Assembly: GCA_963817385.1 (NCBI GenBank)
Contig: CAWFOM010000010.1
Coordinates: forward strand, 96,001-160,000
Source of the DNA: an uncultured delta proteobacterium
Lineage (GTDB): Bacteria > Desulfobacterota > Syntrophia > Syntrophales > UBA5619
Length of the DNA: 64,000 bases
Direction of reading: 5' to 3'
The position numbers and the translations under genes are program-made. The first letter of the stretch is position 1. Each line of letters starts with the position of its first letter. Positions 54,252-63,753 of this stretch are shown here, in pieces. Below the pieces are notes generated by a model. It was given only the letters and a program-made list of their open reading frames with translations. It was not told the origin of the DNA and ran no database searches.

Positions 54252-56054
54252 ATGGTCGTTGATACATTGCCGAAAGCCCTGGTCCAGATGGTCGGCGCCG
54301 ACCCCGAACGGGTGGCGATGCGGAGGAAGGAGCTCGGCATCTGGCATGACATCCGCTGGTCGGAATACCTGGAAAAGGTGCGGCAGGTGGCCCTCGGTCT
54401 GCACGCCCTTGGCGTCCGCAAGGGGGATCACGTGGCCATCATCGGCGAGAATCAACCCGAATGGCTATATTCGGCCTTGGGTGCGATGTCCACCGGGGCG
54501 TCGTTTGTCGGGATCTACACGACAAATCCGGTGAAGGAGTGCGAATATGTCGTCGGCCATTCGGGGGCGGTGGTCTATATCTGCGAAGATGAGGAGCAAC
54601 TGGACAAGGCGCTCGCATTTCGGGAGTGCACGCCGGCTCTCCGAAAGATGATCGTCTGGGACATGGAGGGGCTCAGGCATTTCCAGGACCCCATGGTGAT
54701 GAGCTTCGACGACCTGCTTGCCATGGGCCGAAAGAGCGCCGAAAGGGATCCGCTCCTCTTCGAGAGTCTCGTGGCCCAGGGGCACGGCGAGGATATCGCA
54801 GGGATCATCTACACCTCCGGAACCACGGGACCTCCCAAGGGGGCAATGCTCGCCCACGAGGGATATCTCTGGGTCGGAAAACAGGCGACCGCCGTGAGCC
54901 GGGGGACCCGGGACGACGAGACTATCTCCTTCCTTCCCTTGAACCACGTCTATGAGCAAATCTACGACCTGATGGTCCATCTGACGATCGGTCACATCGT
55001 CAATTTCACCGAGAATACCGATACCGTGATGATGGATATGCGAGACGTCTCACCCACCCTGTTCCATGCCGTCCCGCGAATCTGGGAGAAATATTATTCC
55101 AGCATCGTCCTGAAGATGGAAGATGCAACAAGCTTAAAGAGGAGCGTCTACCGGACGGCGCTCGGGATCGGCAGTCGTTACAACGATGCGAAGCTCGCCG
55201 GAAGATCCCCTTCGCTTCTTCTGAACATCGCCTATCACCTTGCCTACTTTGCCGTCTTTCGGAAGCTCAAGGAACGTCTTGGCTTCGATCGAGTCAAGCT
55301 CGGATTTTCCGGTGCCGCCCCGATCTCCCATAATATCCTGAAATACTTCCAGAGCATCGGAATTCCCATCCGCGAGGGATACGGGATGACGGAGACGACA
55401 GGAATCACCCACATGTCCGAAGAGCACCGCTTCAAACTGGGAACCGTGGGAAGGCCCCTTCCCGAGACCGAGGTGCGGATCGCCGAGGACGGCGAGATCC
55501 TCGTCCGCCACAAGGGGATCTTCAAGGGGTACTACAAGGATGAAGAGACCACCCGGGAGGCGCTCCATGACGGCTGGATGCATACCGGGGATGTCGGGGA
55601 GGTTGATGCTGAGGGGTTCCTCAAGATCACCGACCGGAAGAAAGACCTGATCATCACGGCCGGCGGAAAGAACATCGCCCCGCAGTATATCGAGAACCTC
55701 TTGAAATTTGCCCCCTACATCAACGACGCGGTTATCATTGGCGACAACCGGAAATTCATCAGCGCCATCATCGTCATCGACGAGGAGAATGTCGTAAAGT
55801 ACGCTCAGGATAGGAAGGTCCAGTTCACGACCTTTGCCAGCTTGACCCGCTCGGAAGAAGTGGTCGCGCTGATTCAGGAGGAGATCAACAAGGTGAACGC
55901 CCAACTCGCACGAGTGGAAAATATACGGAAGTTCCGGATCCTCGACAAGAAACTCTATACCGAAGACGGCGAAGTGACCCCGACGATGAAAGTAAAGCGG
56001 AAGTTTATCAACACCCACTATTGTGACCTGATAGAATCGATGTACCGGGAGTAG
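54252..56054 (+). CDS. long-chain fatty acid--CoA ligase (AMP-dependent synthetase)
   Basis: YTSGTTGPPKG, EGYGMTE, GWMHTGDVG, TDRKKDLII, TPTMKVKR. Confidence 0.92.
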   Translation: MVVDTLPKALVQMVGADPERVAMRRKELGIWHDIRWSEYLEKVRQVALGLHALGVRKGDHVAIIGENQPEWLYSALGAMSTGASFVGIYTTNPVKECEYVVGHSGAVVYICEDEEQLDKALAFRECTPALRKMIVWDMEGLRHFQDPMVMSFDDLLAMGRKSAERDPLLFESLVAQGHGEDIAGIIYTSGTTGPPKGAMLAHEGYLWVGKQATAVSRGTRDDETISFLPLNHVYEQIYDLMVHLTIGHIVNFTENTDTVMMDMRDVSPTLFHAVPRIWEKYYSSIVLKMEDATSLKRSVYRTALGIGSRYNDAKLAGRSPSLLLNIAYHLAYFAVFRKLKERLGFDRVKLGFSGAAPISHNILKYFQSIGIPIREGYGMTETTGITHMSEEHRFKLGTVGRPLPETEVRIAEDGEILVRHKGIFKGYYKDEETTREALHDGWMHTGDVGEVDAEGFLKITDRKKDLIITAGGKNIAPQYIENLLKFAPYINDAVIIGDNRKFISAIIVIDEENVVKYAQDRKVQFTTFASLTRSEEVVALIQEEINKVNAQLARVENIRKFRILDKKLYTEDGEVTPTMKVKRKFINTHYCDLIESMYRE

Positions 56055-56622
56055 TCAAACAGTACATCCTCTCCATCGGTGGGGTTAGTTATTTTGCCTC
56101 TCATCTTTGGAAAGTTTGGAGATTCAGATACAGATCCTTTCCCTGGCTGCCCGCACCCTCCTGAATCTTATCCGCTCCTGGTCGCGGCTGTCGGCTGCCG
56201 ATGCCCGGGAGGCGTAAGGGGTCTTGCGAACTTGGGAGGAGTCTTCCCTGTGCAGGGAAAGAATCGTCACCCGATTTACGCGGACGTGGGCAATGATGTC
56301 GGTGATGGTTGGTCCGTTTAGATGCGACGCGTTTTCAGAAGTGCTATAAAAGCATGAAATTTTCTCTCCTTACCGTGTCGCCGGCCACATATTCCTCTTT
56401 TTTGTTTTTTTACTAGGACGAAAAAAAACTCATGTTCTACAGCCAAGGGCAGCACATATTGCTCACCTATCTCGCTGCCGGGGTGATCGCATTGTCCGTT
56501 GACTTGAAAGTAGAATTATGAGAAAAATTTCAAATTAGTGACGTGTCACTCTGACAGGATGGCCGATTTCATCGGAAACGGAACATTCGTACCTCTTAAC
56601 ATGTTTTTCGCGGTTCGCCAAA

Positions 56623-57144
56623 ATGCAAATATTTAGTACACTATCGTTAAGTATTTCGGTTTTCATGATTATCCTGGCTATGTGTGTTGGGACGACTGTG
56701 TTTGCGACCAATAGAGAAGGTAAGACCCCAGTGTCGAAAACTGAAGGGCTGCCCCTGCCATCCGCCGTGGGAGGCGGTATTTCTATGCGAGTCTTGTGGA
56801 CGGTTTCCGAATATAGGGTGGGCAGAAGTGCCGTCTGGGGGGAAGAGGAAGCGCGCACGCTCCTTTTCAAGCCGCTTGACGTAGATGCGACGACGATCAC
56901 CTTCGATGGTAAGACGTGCCGTGATGTTAGTTTTAAAAAAGAGATGGTAACAGCGAAAGAACATTTAGACCATGTCTTTCACACCACACCACAAGCGCTT
57001 GGCATTAAGGAGGAGGTAGTGGAGCTGGTAAAGACCAATTGCGACCTACCGGGGTTTTCAGAATACATGCGTTTGAAAGATAGGAGAATAATCATTTATA
57101 TCAATGGAGTTTTCTTTTACTTTGAGCCTGTTGTGAATTACTGA
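56623..57144 (+). CDS. hypothetical exported protein
   Basis: Hydrophobic N-terminus, two further Cys, 24 bp upstream of the next gene. Confidence 0.65.
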   Translation: MQIFSTLSLSISVFMIILAMCVGTTVFATNREGKTPVSKTEGLPLPSAVGGGISMRVLWTVSEYRVGRSAVWGEEEARTLLFKPLDVDATTITFDGKTCRDVSFKKEMVTAKEHLDHVFHTTPQALGIKEEVVELVKTNCDLPGFSEYMRLKDRRIIIYINGVFFYFEPVVNY

Positions 57145-57168
57145 AGTGAGGGGTTTTCAGGAACCAAT

Positions 57169-60078
57169 ATGATCAACAAATTGCCTAGATTTTTTTGTGT
57201 AATAGTGGCGTTCGGTTTGTTGTTCGCTCCCAATGCCCGCACGGCGCCTGCTGTCGAATATCATATTCCGCCCCCCCTTACCCAGCAGCTTTCCCGTGAT
57301 GGGAATTCGTTATACTATGCCGCTCCTCCGGTGGTCTATGTGGCTGATACCAACCCCTCTGCCAAACGGGTGCTCATCCCGGTGCGCCTTGATCTGTTAA
57401 GCTTACCTGAATTTGCCACAGCAACATTTTCCATTACGTATGTGTCAAGTGGAGGCACAGATCTTTGGGGTGAAAGTTGCGCCGCCTTTCCGGAGCAGGC
57501 AAAAAACGCTTTTAATGCCGCCGCTGCCATTTGGGGCAACATTCTTCAGTCGTCTGTGCCGATAACGATTAGTGCCTGTTGGGCGAATTTAGGTTCAGAC
57601 ACCACATTGGGATATTCCGGCGGGGGTCCCTTACGAAAAGATTTCGCCGGTGCCCCGAGGGCGAATACCTGGTACGGGGGATCATTGGCAAATGCTTTGG
57701 CGGGTTCCGATCTAAATCCCACTCAATTTGACATGCACATTACCTACAACAGCAACTTTTCATGGTATTTCGGAACAGATGGCAATCCACCGTCAACTCA
57801 GTATGACTTAATGTCGGTTGTGTTGCATGAAATAGCGCACGGACTTAACGTTAGCGGTTCTATGGCATATTCCGGAGGAATGGGCAGATGGGGTTATGGT
57901 TCTTCTCCAGCTTACCCCAACATTTACGACACTTTCATGAGAGATGGTTCGGGCAATCAACTCATCGATACTGGTATCTACGGCAATCCCTCTACAACCC
58001 TTGGCAGCGCCCTGACGTCCGACAATATCTGGTTCCATGGCAGCAATGCAATGGCTGCGAATGGTGGCCAGAGAGTCAAAATGTACGCTCCCTCGACATG
58101 GTCGGGTGGATCCAGTTACGCACACATGGATTACTATACTTTTCACGGTACGGCAAACCAGCTGATGGTGTATGCTATTTCGCAAGGTAATGTTATCCAC
58201 GATCCAGGCCCTATTGTAAAGGGTATCCTCAAAGATGTTGGATGGCCCGCCGGCGCGACTTCCTGTACCTACGCCATCTTTCCGACAAGTGATGGATTCG
58301 ACTCTTTAGGCAATACGGGCATGGTAACAATCACAACCTCACCAGGCAGCTGTTCCTGGAGTGCCGCGAGCAATGCTTCATGGATAACGATTACTGCGGG
58401 CAGTGCGGGTACCGGGAATGGAACGATATCCTACTCCGTATCCGCCAATACAACAGGGAGTAACAGGACAGGAGCCATGACCATCGGAGGACAGACTTTC
58501 ACCGTTACACAAAATGGTGACGCCGGACCTCCAAGTGTACGATTCATTTCGCCGAATGGGGGTGAGACGTGGAAAACGGGAAGTACACACGCGATTACCT
58601 GGACCTCTTCTAACCTGAATCCAGCCAGTGCGATTTATATATATTATTGGTATAATAACGCATGGCAGCCGATAGCAGGCCCCCTTTTGTCCTCCGAAAC
58701 TTCTTATTCATGGAGGGTTCCGAACACACCTACGACATCATCATCGATATTTATTGGAATCTGGGTTAATAATGCATGGGTGCTTACGGATCAAAGTGAT
58801 CAACCATTTACCATCACCCAGACTGGCTCTATTACGGCTCTCTACTTTCCCTACGTAGACACAAACATTCCCTGGCAAACGGAGATAGCCATCATAAATA
58901 CGAGCCCCAATCAAAGCGTCACCGGCACCCTGAAGGCTTTAAGCAATGAAGGTCAGCTCATAGAGACCAAGGTGGTCTTGCTTTCGGCCCGCGGCCGGCG
59001 ACAGATCACCATTTCAGATGAGTTTACCAACCACATAACCATAGGCTATATCATCTACGAAGCAGACTCCGATGCAATTCAGGGTTACACGAAGTTTTAT
59101 CAAGAAGGGGTCTATAGAGCGGCAATTCCTGCGGTAAAAGAGGTAATCACCTCCGATCTCTATATCCCCCACATAGCCTCAAACAATCAATGGTGGACCG
59201 AGGTAAGCTTGGTGAACACCACCTCGGCTCCGAAACAACTGACCATTATATTTAACAATAGCCAGAGCGTGCCCTATACGCTCAATGCCAAACAGCGCAA
59301 GACCTTCACGATCGGTAGTCTCTTAAATCAATTCCCACAGCAAGACATTGAATCGGCGGTGATCACCAATGCAAGCGGCATCATTGGACTGGAGCTCTTT
59401 GGCAGTACCCTTGGCGGCAACCAGATGGACGGAATCCTCCTTACCGGCAACACCGCCTCGACCATATACTACCCCCACGTAGCCGGTGATGGCTGGTGGA
59501 CCGGCATTGTGGCCTATAACCCATGGGAATGGGCATGTACGATAACCGTGACACCCTACACTGCTCAAGGAACCCCGCTTTCCCCCAAGACTCTTTCTCT
59601 ATCGGGGAAGGGAAAATATATCGGCACGGTTGCGGGACTCGGCTTCCCCGCTCAGACGGCGTGGTTCAAGATAGACTCCACGCGGTCCCTCACGGGCTTT
59701 GAGCTTTTTGGCACTGTCGACGGCAGCCAGCTTGCGGCCTATTCAGGAGGAGGTGGGACAGGTGCAAAGACGGGCGTCTTTGCCAAGATCGAGAACATCG
59801 GCTGGACCGGCATTGCCTTTGTTAACACGGAAGACAGCGCGGCGTACGTTACCCTGACCGCCTATAACGACAATGGAACTGCCGTGGCCACTCAGGTGCT
59901 CCCTGTCAGTGGCCGTGCCAAGGTGGTCAATCTCGCGGAGGCGATCTTTTCGCAGGATATCAGCAGCGCCACGTATATTGCCTACTCATCGGACAGAAAT
60001 ATTGTGGGTTTTCAGCTCAACGGTACTTCAGACGGTATGATGCTCGACGGGCTGTCTGCGCTTGCCGGAATCAATTGA
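57169..60078 (+). CDS. large secreted protein: zincin-like HExxH domain, BACON-like and Ig-like domains, four ~100-aa C-terminal repeats
   Basis: Signal peptide; VVLHEIAHGL; CSWSAASNASWITIT..FTVTQ; SPNGGETW..ITW; repeats starting LYFPYV/LYIPHI/IYYPHV/VFAKI each followed by W.T.I...N. Confidence 0.8.
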   Translation: MINKLPRFFCVIVAFGLLFAPNARTAPAVEYHIPPPLTQQLSRDGNSLYYAAPPVVYVADTNPSAKRVLIPVRLDLLSLPEFATATFSITYVSSGGTDLWGESCAAFPEQAKNAFNAAAAIWGNILQSSVPITISACWANLGSDTTLGYSGGGPLRKDFAGAPRANTWYGGSLANALAGSDLNPTQFDMHITYNSNFSWYFGTDGNPPSTQYDLMSVVLHEIAHGLNVSGSMAYSGGMGRWGYGSSPAYPNIYDTFMRDGSGNQLIDTGIYGNPSTTLGSALTSDNIWFHGSNAMAANGGQRVKMYAPSTWSGGSSYAHMDYYTFHGTANQLMVYAISQGNVIHDPGPIVKGILKDVGWPAGATSCTYAIFPTSDGFDSLGNTGMVTITTSPGSCSWSAASNASWITITAGSAGTGNGTISYSVSANTTGSNRTGAMTIGGQTFTVTQNGDAGPPSVRFISPNGGETWKTGSTHAITWTSSNLNPASAIYIYYWYNNAWQPIAGPLLSSETSYSWRVPNTPTTSSSIFIGIWVNNAWVLTDQSDQPFTITQTGSITALYFPYVDTNIPWQTEIAIINTSPNQSVTGTLKALSNEGQLIETKVVLLSARGRRQITISDEFTNHITIGYIIYEADSDAIQGYTKFYQEGVYRAAIPAVKEVITSDLYIPHIASNNQWWTEVSLVNTTSAPKQLTIIFNNSQSVPYTLNAKQRKTFTIGSLLNQFPQQDIESAVITNASGIIGLELFGSTLGGNQMDGILLTGNTASTIYYPHVAGDGWWTGIVAYNPWEWACTITVTPYTAQGTPLSPKTLSLSGKGKYIGTVAGLGFPAQTAWFKIDSTRSLTGFELFGTVDGSQLAAYSGGGGTGAKTGVFAKIENIGWTGIAFVNTEDSAAYVTLTAYNDNGTAVATQVLPVSGRAKVVNLAEAIFSQDISSATYIAYSSDRNIVGFQLNGTSDGMMLDGLSALAGIN

Positions 60079-60508
60079 GGGGTGGCAGCCGGCAGAACAT
60101 CTGTTCCCCCGGTATTGTTTGGGAATATGGCCTCCAGCTTTTTAGTTCAGAGGAGGGGCAACCCGGCCCTTTGCCTAAAGCAACCATCTGTGATCAGGAT
60201 GTGACAGTGAGGGTTGAAGCCGAGAAAGCAGCCGAAGTCCGAATGGCGATGACGGAAATTATTTGACAGAGGTATTTGCCTCTCATATTATTGATCGAAG
60301 GATTGTTGGATGAAGATGATGTTCGCAACGTTCTGTCGAGAAAGGAACTATCCAGATCAACACCCAGTGTCGAGAATTAATCGAATCGATGCGCCGTGAA
60401 TAGGGACGACCCCGTTTCGCCGTAACGCGCATCGGGTGAAAGTATCGGCGACGCCTTTTTCGATTCAGTATGCGGAATTGGAGTTAGCCGGACCGAAGGG
60501 GAGGTTAG

Positions 60509-62185
60509 ATGCCTGAAGAGTCGAAATCACGGTTGACGCGGGCCGAGAGGCAGGAGCAAGAGCGGGTGGCCAATCTGAAATACTGGGAGGAGCAGGATAC
60601 GCTCCTGCTCAAGCACCGTCAGGATGCTTATAATATCGGCGGAGCATCCCAGATGGATCGCCTCGTCAAGCAAGGGAAAAAGTCGATGCGCGAACTCATC
60701 GGATTGCTGATCGATCCGGGGAGTGAATTTTTCGAACTGGGCCTCGACGCCGGGTACGAGATCGGGAAGAAAAAGCTCTACGGCGGGCCTGCCTATGAAG
60801 AGGAGAAGCGGGGGCACATCCCCGGTGGCGGCGTGATCACGGGGGTCGGTGTCGTTCACGGCAAGGACTGTATGATCTTCGCTAACGAAAATCGCTATGC
60901 GGCCGGTACTTATTTTCCCATAACCCTCAAGAAACACATGAGAGCCCAGGCGATCGCCGAGCAGTGCGGGATTCCCTGCATCTATATCGCCGACTCCGGG
61001 GGGGTCAACCTACCGCTCCAGGTGGCCTGCTTCGCCGACGACGGCCATTTCGGGACGATGTTCTACAACATGTGCCGGATGTCCGCCAGGGGAATCAAAC
61101 AATACACCCTCTCCACCGGCGGGAACACCGCCGGCGGCGCCTACATCGTCTACCTGGCATCGGAATCGATCATGATCGAAAAGCTCGCCTACGCCTTCCT
61201 GGCCGGGCCGCCGATGGTGAAATCGGCGATTGGCGAGACCGTCTCCATGGAGGACCTGGGCGGCGCCTACGTCCATACCCAGCATTCGGGGGGGTGCGAC
61301 CACCTGGTCCATACCCAGGAGGAGGGGATCGCGAAACTTCGGGCGATGATGGAGTTCGAGCCGGCGCAGAAGCTCTTCATCGAGCGGCGGGAGAGCCGTG
61401 AACCCCGCTCCGACAGCCGGGAGATGATGAGCTCGACCCCGATCAACACCTACCAGCACATCAACATTCGCGATACGATCAAGTGTCTTGCCGATGACAG
61501 CTATTTCCATGAATACAAGGCGAAATACGGCCTGGCGCGCGGTGAATCCATCGTCTGCGGGAAGATGTGGCTCAAGGGTATCCCCGTGGGAGTGATCGCG
61601 TCGAACGCGAGCGGTGTGATCTATATCGAGGCGGCCCGGAAGGCGACCGAATGGATGATCCGCTGCGGAAACTCCCGGATCCCCGTGCTCTTCCTGCAGG
61701 GGTCGCCCGGGTATATGGTGGGGAAGGCCGAGGAATGGGGCGGGATCGGCAAGTACGGCTCCGACATGGTCCGCGTCTGCACCTGTCTGGAGGTTCCCAA
61801 GGTGACTTATGTGATCGGCCCCGACCATGGGGCGGCCAACTACGGAATGTGCGGCCGCGCCTTCAAACCCCGTTTCGCATTTACCAATATGCGCGGCCGG
61901 ACGACGGTCATGTCCGGTGAAACGGCCGGCTTTATCCTCGAGACGGTGCGGCGGAAGAACATCACGGACAAGGGAGGGGGTGTGGACGAGGAGGAGATGG
62001 CGCGCTTCCGCCAGGAGATGCGGGACCGGTATGACGAAGAGGGCCATCCCTTCTACACCGGATCATTGTTATTCCACGACGGTGTCATTGCCTTCTCCGA
62101 GGCACGCGACAGAATCGCCCGCGCATTCGAGATCTCCCTCCATGTGCCCATCCGGGAGTCGGTCTGGGGGGACATGAAGGTCTGA
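60509..62185 (+). CDS. acyl-CoA carboxylase carboxyltransferase subunit (methylcrotonyl-CoA carboxylase beta-like)
   Basis: GTYFPITLKKHMRAQ, DSGGVNLP, HFGTMF, TAGGAY, FLAGPPMVK, GAANYGMCGRAF. Confidence 0.88.
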   Translation: MPEESKSRLTRAERQEQERVANLKYWEEQDTLLLKHRQDAYNIGGASQMDRLVKQGKKSMRELIGLLIDPGSEFFELGLDAGYEIGKKKLYGGPAYEEEKRGHIPGGGVITGVGVVHGKDCMIFANENRYAAGTYFPITLKKHMRAQAIAEQCGIPCIYIADSGGVNLPLQVACFADDGHFGTMFYNMCRMSARGIKQYTLSTGGNTAGGAYIVYLASESIMIEKLAYAFLAGPPMVKSAIGETVSMEDLGGAYVHTQHSGGCDHLVHTQEEGIAKLRAMMEFEPAQKLFIERRESREPRSDSREMMSSTPINTYQHINIRDTIKCLADDSYFHEYKAKYGLARGESIVCGKMWLKGIPVGVIASNASGVIYIEAARKATEWMIRCGNSRIPVLFLQGSPGYMVGKAEEWGGIGKYGSDMVRVCTCLEVPKVTYVIGPDHGAANYGMCGRAFKPRFAFTNMRGRTTVMSGETAGFILETVRRKNITDKGGGVDEEEMARFRQEMRDRYDEEGHPFYTGSLLFHDGVIAFSEARDRIARAFEISLHVPIRESVWGDMKV

Positions 62186-62215
62186 GCGATGTTGTTGCAT
62201 AAAAAGGAGGGTTGT

Positions 62216-63013
62216 ATGACCGCGATTCTTATTCAGGAAAGGATGGAAGAGGGGATCCTGATCCTGACCCTGAACCGCCCCGAGGCGATGAACTGCTTCA
62301 ACGTAGACCTCCTGGCAGCCCTTGCCGACGCGATCCGTGAAGCCAATTTCGATCAGGAACTCCGTTGCATCGTCATCACCGGAGCTCCCGGGGAGGACCC
62401 GAAGAAGGCCGCATTTTCCTCCGGGGCCGATCTGAAGGAGCGCCGGACCATGACGCCTGATCAGGTGCGCCGGTATATATTCACGATCCGGAACACCTTC
62501 ACAGCCGTGGAGCAGGTGCGTGTTCCGGTGATCGCCGCGATTAACGGCTTCGCCTTCGGCGGCGGTATCGAGTTGGCCCTCGCCTGTGATCTCCGGATCG
62601 CCGCTGCAAACGCGGTCATGGGGCTCACCGAGACAAGCCTCGCGATCATCCCGGGGGCCGGCGGGACGCAGCGGCTACCGCGGATCATCGGCATCGCCAA
62701 GGCGAAGGAACTGATCTTTACCGCACGGCGTATCGACGCCGGGACGGCGCTCGCTATCGGGCTGGTCAACCGGGTTGTCGAGGCCGGGGAGTTGATGCCG
62801 GCCGCGCTGGATATGGCCCGGGAGATCGCCAAGAACGGCCCCATCGGTGTCGCTCAGGCGAAGTTCGCTATCAACTGCGGGATGGAAGCCTCGCTCGGTG
62901 TGGCCCTTCCACTGGAGTCGAAGGCCTACGAGGTGACGATCCCGACGAAAGACCGACTGGAGGCGCTTGCTGCCTTTGGGGAAAAGCGCAAGCCTGTCTT
63001 CAAGGGGGAATGA
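62216..63013 (+). CDS. enoyl-CoA hydratase (methylglutaconyl-CoA hydratase-like)
   Basis: LNRPEAMN, FSSGADLKER, GGGIELALACD, ETSLAIIPGAGGTQRL. Confidence 0.9.
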   Translation: MTAILIQERMEEGILILTLNRPEAMNCFNVDLLAALADAIREANFDQELRCIVITGAPGEDPKKAAFSSGADLKERRTMTPDQVRRYIFTIRNTFTAVEQVRVPVIAAINGFAFGGGIELALACDLRIAAANAVMGLTETSLAIIPGAGGTQRLPRIIGIAKAKELIFTARRIDAGTALAIGLVNRVVEAGELMPAALDMAREIAKNGPIGVAQAKFAINCGMEASLGVALPLESKAYEVTIPTKDRLEALAAFGEKRKPVFKGE

Positions 63014-63026
63014 AGACCTTTCCACA

Positions 63027-63590
63027 CTAATTACCGTGTGAAGTCTTTGCAACCCAAACCGCGAACGATTCCATGAATCTTCTGAGAAACTCCCGCGTTG
63101 TCTCATTCATAATATTACCGTTGTCGTCGAACAGTTGCGCAGCACCTCCGATGTATGCCTCAGGCTGTTGCATTGCGGGAACATCTAAGAAAACGAAAGA
63201 TTGCCTAAGGTGATGATTTGCGCCGAAGCCGCCTATTGCGCCAGGTGAAACGGTTATCACCGCACCGGGCTTTCCTCCCCAGACGCTCTGGCCGTATGGT
63301 CGCGATCCCACGTCGAGAGCGTTCTTCAGCACGCCGGGAACCGAGCGGTTGTATTCAGGCGTAACGAACAGGAGACCGTCAAACGATTTCACCCGCTCCC
63401 TGAACGCCGTCCACGTTGAAGGCGGGTTTCCCCCATCATCATGGTCTTGGTCGTAGAGGGGAAGCCCGCCGATCTCGATGATCTCAAGCACCAGTGACTC
63501 AGGTGCAAGTGTTGCGAGCGCCTTTGCCATCTTCCGATTGAAGGATTCTTTACGAAGGCTTCCTACAAAAACAGCAATCTTTTTCGTCAT
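63027..63590 (-). CDS. NAD(P)H-dependent FMN reductase (ChrR/YieF family)
   Basis: GSLRKESFN, TPEYNRSVPGVLKNALD, SPGAIGG; ATG after GGGAG. Confidence 0.92.
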   Translation of the reverse strand: MTKKIAVFVGSLRKESFNRKMAKALATLAPESLVLEIIEIGGLPLYDQDHDDGGNPPSTWTAFRERVKSFDGLLFVTPEYNRSVPGVLKNALDVGSRPYGQSVWGGKPGAVITVSPGAIGGFGANHHLRQSFVFLDVPAMQQPEAYIGGAAQLFDDNGNIMNETTREFLRRFMESFAVWVAKTSHGN

Positions 63591-63753
63591 CTCCCTATCC
63601 TCCCTGTTTCGTTCTGAATGAAGAAAATATGCACATGATAGAACGCTACAAGTGTAATGCCAACCTATCAAGGTTTCGGCGTCGATGTCGCAAGCGATCG
63701 CTCCAGGCAGGAGCCCCGGCCACAGGCGCCTAAACCGACGCCGGGTAGCGTAC

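Noticed and set aside
56537..56550. Near-palindrome AGTGAC-GT-GTCACT upstream of the exported pair
   Set aside because: Single occurrence with no regulator nearby; cannot be supported as an operator
60075..60266. 63-aa ORF after the large secreted protein, possibly a mobile-element scar
   Set aside because: No RBS, inverted repeats or transposase motif that I can verify
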